Below are positions 59,773-64,000 of a stretch of DNA of 64,000 nt, in pieces. Origin of the DNA: Arenibacter nanhaiticus. GTDB taxonomy: Bacteria; Bacteroidota; Bacteroidia; Flavobacteriales; Flavobacteriaceae. Within the stretch, counting starts at the first letter, position 1, and each line of letters begins with the position of its first letter. The notes under the pieces were generated by a model. That model had not been told where the DNA came from, did no database searches, and was given only the letters and a program-made list of their open reading frames with translations. The stretch covers positions 1 through 64,000 of the forward strand of contig NZ_FQYX01000022.1 in assembly GCF_900141935.1 (NCBI RefSeq), given 5' to 3'. The translations under genes and the position numbers were made by a program.

Positions 59773-60708
59773 ATGCCAGAAAGGAAAAAGAAAAGCCATG
59801 ACTTTAGGACCAATTTATCATCCTATTGGAAAAAATCTCGTAGGTTTAGAGTCAGTATTTTTGCGGTCATCCACGACGTGCTGTTTATAATATTTGGAAT
59901 CTTCTCGGCGGCCTTCGGTTTAAAGAGCTTTCTTCTTCCCAATAGTTTTATCGACGGTGGTGCCACAGGAATATCCATGCTGTTGAGCGAAGTTTTATCC
60001 CTTCCCCTTGCCGTACTCATTGTTTTGGTGAATATTCCCTTTATATTTTTGGGTTTAAAAGTGGTAGGGCAACAATTTGCTATAAAAGCTTCCTTGGCTA
60101 TTTTGGGGCTTTCCTTGGTTTTGGTAACCGTTTCTTTTCCCGAGGTCACCGATGATAAGCTATTGGTAGCGGTGTTCGGAGGATTTTTTCTTGGCGCGGG
60201 AATAGGACTTTCTATCCGAGGCGGTGGGGTGTTAGACGGTACCGAAGTATTGGCAATTTACCTCAGTAGAAAATTAAGAACCAAAATTGGAGATAATATT
60301 ATTGTCATCAATATTATAATTTTCCTTGCCGCAGCCTATTTGCTTTCTTTCGAAACAGCCCTGTATTCCATGCTTACCTATTTGTCCGCTTCAAAAACCT
60401 TGGACTTTGTCGTAGATGGTATTGAAGAGTATACCGGGGTAACCATTATCTCTAGCCGTAGTGAAGATATCCGGTTTATGATAACCGAAAAATTAGGAAG
60501 GGGAGTTACTATCTATAAAGGAAAAGGGGGGTATAGCCAAGATGGGGTTCACAACGAATACGATATTATTTTTGCTGTCATCACTCGACTCGAAATAAGT
60601 AAATTAAATACAGAAATCGAAAAAATAGACCCTAAGGCCTTTGTGATCATGAACAGTATTAATGATACCCGTGGAGGCATGATCAAGAAACGATCTTTAA
60701 ACCACTAA
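59773..60708 (+). CDS. YitT family membrane protein (DUF161 x2 plus DUF2179)
   Basis: Multi-TM N-terminus with a soluble C-terminal DUF2179-like domain. Confidence 0.7.
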   Translation: MPERKKKSHDFRTNLSSYWKKSRRFRVSIFAVIHDVLFIIFGIFSAAFGLKSFLLPNSFIDGGATGISMLLSEVLSLPLAVLIVLVNIPFIFLGLKVVGQQFAIKASLAILGLSLVLVTVSFPEVTDDKLLVAVFGGFFLGAGIGLSIRGGGVLDGTEVLAIYLSRKLRTKIGDNIIVINIIIFLAAAYLLSFETALYSMLTYLSASKTLDFVVDGIEEYTGVTIISSRSEDIRFMITEKLGRGVTIYKGKGGYSQDGVHNEYDIIFAVITRLEISKLNTEIEKIDPKAFVIMNSINDTRGGMIKKRSLNH

Positions 60709-60829
60709 ATAATATTTCTTTGATTTTTTGTAAGGAGTGGTGCTAGAGTTCTACTAATGTGACTTTTGTCACTTTTTATAAATTAATAGTTGGCTAAATT
60801 TACGGTCAAATTTTTATGCTTTTCACCCT

Positions 60830-61456
60830 ATGGAACAAGAAATACTAAAGAAATCTACCAGCCAAATCATTCAAGAAAGCCTTTCCAAGGCCATGAGTTA
60901 CGAGGCTTATAGAGCCTTAACAGCTAATTTGGTGTCTAAAGGAGCGTCAACGGCTGCGGAACAAAGCGATGATCTTGCCCATTATACCCTTATAAATGAA
61001 CAGCGGATGAAGCGTTTGGACAAGACCCTTAAGATCGATCCGGCCTCTGAAGCATTGATAACCGCAGTGCAAAGAAAAACAACCTGGTTGGTGCTAACGG
61101 AAAGTTGGTGTGGCGATGCCGCCCAAAGTCTCCCTGTAATGAATAAAATAGCCGATTTAAACAGTAACCTTACTTTAAAATTGGTCCTTCGCGATGAGAA
61201 CCTGCCCCTGATGGAGCGTTTTTTGACCAATGGAGGTATGGGGATTCCTAAACTGATCGCTATTGACGAACAGAGTGGAAAGCTTATTGGCGAATGGGGC
61301 TCTAGACCATTCCAAGCGCAAAAAATGGTGGACGATTTTAAGGAAGAACACGGCCAATTTACGCCAGAGTTTAAGGAAGATCTACAACAGTGGTATAATA
61401 AGGATAAAGGAAAAAATACGCTTCAAGAGCTAGTGGCCTTACTTACTTTGGAATAA
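60830..61456 (+). CDS. Thioredoxin-fold family protein
   Basis: WCGDAAQ (CxxC-like with a single Cys) in a thioredoxin-like context. Confidence 0.45.
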   Translation: MEQEILKKSTSQIIQESLSKAMSYEAYRALTANLVSKGASTAAEQSDDLAHYTLINEQRMKRLDKTLKIDPASEALITAVQRKTTWLVLTESWCGDAAQSLPVMNKIADLNSNLTLKLVLRDENLPLMERFLTNGGMGIPKLIAIDEQSGKLIGEWGSRPFQAQKMVDDFKEEHGQFTPEFKEDLQQWYNKDKGKNTLQELVALLTLE

Positions 61457-62173
61457 GTAGGTAATAGTGCCCTTCTGGGACGCCTTGGCGCCGTTGTTGA
61501 ATTTGGATTTTAACGCATATGCAATGGCATTGTCTACCAAACAGCCATTTAAAGTGTTCGAACTTTTTTTATTTACTTCAGCTTCCAAGACCTTCCCAGT
61601 AGGGTCCACAATAATATTAATGACTACCTTACCACCTTCTATGCAGGTGTAAATAGGGATAGGCAAACTTAAATGGGTTCTATCGACTAAGGAATAGGAG
61701 ACCGAGGTGTTTCTTTTCGCGAAATTATTGGTCATCACCTCTTTGTTAGCTTCCTTATCACCTAAAAGCGCTTGTTTTTCGCGCCTTCTATCGGCTAATT
61801 CCTTAATTCTTGCTGCGAATTCTGAATTGGATAAAGGAGTGTCTTCAGAGGCATCTCCTTCTTCGGACATTTCTTGCTCTTCCAAGATTTCTTCCAAGGT
61901 TTTTAAAGGTTCTGGATTTCCGTAACTGGGTTTGTTGGCCTCGTTAAAAGCCATATGGCTTTTTATGGGAGCTGCATTGGCCAATTCTTCTAAAGCTTTT
62001 ATTTCTTCTAAAAGCTTTTGTTCAGGATCTTCCTGCTCTTCTAAATTTAATTCTATGACGTAGCCATCATCTTCGTCCTGATGTCCTAAATGTATGTTGA
62101 ATAGCAACAATACAAATAGTGACATGGAAAAAAAGGTAATTAAAAGAGAAAGTTGTTTCCTGTTTAATTTCAT
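61439..62173 (-). CDS. Membrane-anchored protein with an acidic linker and a TonB-like C-terminal domain
   Basis: N-terminal TM. Glu-rich linker. EGGKVVINIIVDPTGKVLEAEV resembles TonB_C. Confidence 0.4.
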   Translation of the reverse strand: MKLNRKQLSLLITFFSMSLFVLLLFNIHLGHQDEDDGYVIELNLEEQEDPEQKLLEEIKALEELANAAPIKSHMAFNEANKPSYGNPEPLKTLEEILEEQEMSEEGDASEDTPLSNSEFAARIKELADRRREKQALLGDKEANKEVMTNNFAKRNTSVSYSLVDRTHLSLPIPIYTCIEGGKVVINIIVDPTGKVLEAEVNKKSSNTLNGCLVDNAIAYALKSKFNNGAKASQKGTITYLFQSK

Positions 62174-62252
62174 AGTATTATAACCATGTTGGGCCTAAAA
62201 TATTATAATTTCTCGACGAACAGAAAGCTTGTCACTCCTAATTTCGAAAATT

Positions 62253-62948
62253 TTAGGCTTCCAACTGTAATAAATCTCGGAATTTTTCCGGACTAATAGC
62301 CTTATTTACGTTGTAGTCACCAATTTTGGTTCTTCTTAAGGCAGATAAATATGCGCCAGACTCCAATGCTTTTCCAAAATCGAAGGCCAAGGACCTAATA
62401 TAGGTGCCTTTGCTACAACATACTCTAAAATGTACTTCAGGAAAATCGATCCCGGTAATTTCAAATTCGGAAATATGGATTTTTCTCGTTTTTATTTCTA
62501 CTTCTTTTCCCTCTCGGGCATATTCATAAAGACGTTTCCCATCTTTTTTAAGGGCAGAAAAAACAGGAGGTTGTTGTTCAATTTCGCCAATGAAATCGGC
62601 AGTAGTGGTCTGTATGAGTTCTGGCGTAATATGAGAGAAGGGGAAACGTTCGTTTATTTCCGTTTCCATATCATAAGACGGGGTAGTGGCTCCCAAGGTA
62701 ATAGTGCCGGTATATTCTTTTTCCTGGCCTTGTAATTCTGCGATCCTTTTGGTGAATTTGCCCGTGCAAATTATTAATAGTCCACTGGCCAACGGATCTA
62801 AGGTGCCCGCATGACCAATTTTGATTTTCTTTAGTTCAAACTTCTTTCTAATAGCCCATTTTAAGGAGTTTACCGCCTGAAAAGATGACCAACCCAAGGG
62901 TTTGTCTATTAATAACAGTTGTCCTTCTAAAAAATCTTCTTTAGTCAT
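62253..62948 (-). CDS. truB: tRNA pseudouridine(55) synthase
   Basis: HAGTLDPLASGLL catalytic Asp motif. Confidence 0.9.
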   Translation of the reverse strand: MTKEDFLEGQLLLIDKPLGWSSFQAVNSLKWAIRKKFELKKIKIGHAGTLDPLASGLLIICTGKFTKRIAELQGQEKEYTGTITLGATTPSYDMETEINERFPFSHITPELIQTTTADFIGEIEQQPPVFSALKKDGKRLYEYAREGKEVEIKTRKIHISEFEITGIDFPEVHFRVCCSKGTYIRSLAFDFGKALESGAYLSALRRTKIGDYNVNKAISPEKFRDLLQLEA

Positions 62949-63733
62949 TAAATTACAGTTAGAGGTCGAACAAAATAATGGATGGCTATTATGGAGATCC
63001 CCACTATAATTCGGTAGTATCCAAACATTTTAAAACCGTGTTTGCTTAAATAGCCAATAAAAGTTTTAATGGCCACCAAGGCTACCAAAAATCCTATAAC
63101 ATTACCAACGATCAATAAGTTTATCTGCTCATCGGTAAGGGTAAAACCGGCATTGTAATAATCGAATACTTTCTTTAGGGTAGCCCCCAACATAGTAGGA
63201 AGGGCAAGGAAAAATGAAAATTCGGCTGCTGCAGTTCTAGATAGCTTTTGGGACATTCCCCCCACAATACTGGCACCGCTCCTAGAAACACCAGGAATCA
63301 TGGCCAAGCATTGGAATAAACCTATTTTAAAAGCAGTGGCGTAAGATATGTGCGTATTCTCGGCATCGCCGAACCAATTGTCTACTTTTAAAAGGATAAA
63401 TCCGCCTATGACCAAAGAAATAGCTACGGTAAGAGGGCTTTCTAAAAGGGAATCTATCACATCGCTTAAAAGCAGACCAAAAACTACGGCCGGAATAAAG
63501 GCCACCAATAGTTTAAAATAAAAGTCCATGCTCTGAAAAAAGCGCTTAAAATAAAGGACCACTACCGATAAGATGGTACCCAATTGAATGACAATGGTAA
63601 ATAATTTTGTAAATTCCTCCTGGGCGATGCCAAAAAAGGAAGATACTATGATCATATGTCCTGTGGAAGAAACAGGTAAATACTCGGTGATGCCTTCTAT
63701 AATGGCAAGAATAATTGCTTGAAATATGTCCAA
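62948..63733 (-). CDS. uppP: Undecaprenyl-diphosphate phosphatase
   Basis: BacA/UppP motifs: SSTGH near the N-terminus and PGVSRSGA. Confidence 0.9.
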   Translation of the reverse strand: MDIFQAIILAIIEGITEYLPVSSTGHMIIVSSFFGIAQEEFTKLFTIVIQLGTILSVVVLYFKRFFQSMDFYFKLLVAFIPAVVFGLLLSDVIDSLLESPLTVAISLVIGGFILLKVDNWFGDAENTHISYATAFKIGLFQCLAMIPGVSRSGASIVGGMSQKLSRTAAAEFSFFLALPTMLGATLKKVFDYYNAGFTLTDEQINLLIVGNVIGFLVALVAIKTFIGYLSKHGFKMFGYYRIIVGISIIAIHYFVRPLTVI

Positions 63734-63736
63734 AAC

Positions 63737-63925
63737 TTACTTTTTGTTGGTTGGGTTCAATAAAATGGCGTAAATCTCAATACCTAGACCTAGTAGCACT
63801 AAAGTTGGTGCCAAACGAATTCTTCTGAAATTGTAAATTTCAGGATTAAAAACGTTCGGGTCATCACTACCGCCGCCACTCATTAATACGAAGCCCAAAG
63901 TAATAAAGGCCAAACCAACAAACAT
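63737..63925 (-). CDS. Small membrane protein (DUF3098-like) upstream of uppP
   Basis: Two TM segments in 62 aa. Conserved position next to uppP. Confidence 0.35.
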   Translation of the reverse strand: MFVGLAFITLGFVLMSGGGSDDPNVFNPEIYNFRRIRLAPTLVLLGLGIEIYAILLNPTNKK

Positions 63926-64000
63926 AAACTGATAGTTTTTTTTCTGAAAGATAAATTCCCGTTGAGAGTTTTTCTGCTGGGTGTTGTGAAGATTTTTACT

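Noticed and set aside
1-64000. Mobile-element boundaries such as integrase, transposase, tRNA-flanked island or phage genes
   Set aside because: I found no recombinase, transposase or phage structural motif in any frame. The window reads as core chromosome with local rearrangements only.

Overview
This window reads as a chromosomal segment of a Flavobacteriia-class Bacteroidota genome. It is AT-rich and its gene families are Bacteroidetes-specific: SusC/SusD, a hybrid two-component regulator, gldD/gldE, DUF4199, T9SS C-terminal domains, PepSY-like proteins and an L21 with a C-terminal extension. The gene order mutY-ssb-gldE-gldD matches Flavobacterium johnsoniae. About 57 genes are supportable and they are tightly packed. 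Housekeeping genes include rpmA, rplU, ssb, mutY, HU, RNase E/G, greA, truB, uppP, aat, tag, ahcY and recX. There is a split biotin cluster (bioF, a DUF2007 zinc-ribbon protein, bioD, bioA and a FabF-like condensing enzyme, then yqiJ/yqiK flotillin genes, then bioB). There is a nicotinamide-riboside module: pnuC plus a single ORF fusing a NadR-type kinase-like ATPase to DUF4301. There is a polysaccharide utilization locus: HTCS regulator, SusC and SusD, divergent from a Sip1-type GH36 hydrolase and a GDPD/PLC-like phosphodiesterase. There is a TPP riboswitch in front of a TonB-dependent receptor, and a sigma-54-type two-component pair next to tandemly duplicated PepSY-like cassettes. I found no CRISPR array, no tRNA or rRNA by eye, and no transposase or integrase. 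Signals not explained by the gene list are listed in the findings. They are: a roughly 80-bp GC-rich interspersed intergenic repeat with four full copies in both orientations plus one degenerate copy. A duplicated recX 3' end flanking a mini-gene that is almost only a T9SS sorting domain. An unannotated 29-codon highly basic ORF with its own terminator. A DUF3127 OB-fold protein carrying an SSB-type DDLPF tail. A nucleotidyltransferase-like glycine-rich motif in DUF4301. All calls rest on motif and architecture recognition by eye. I ran no database searches.
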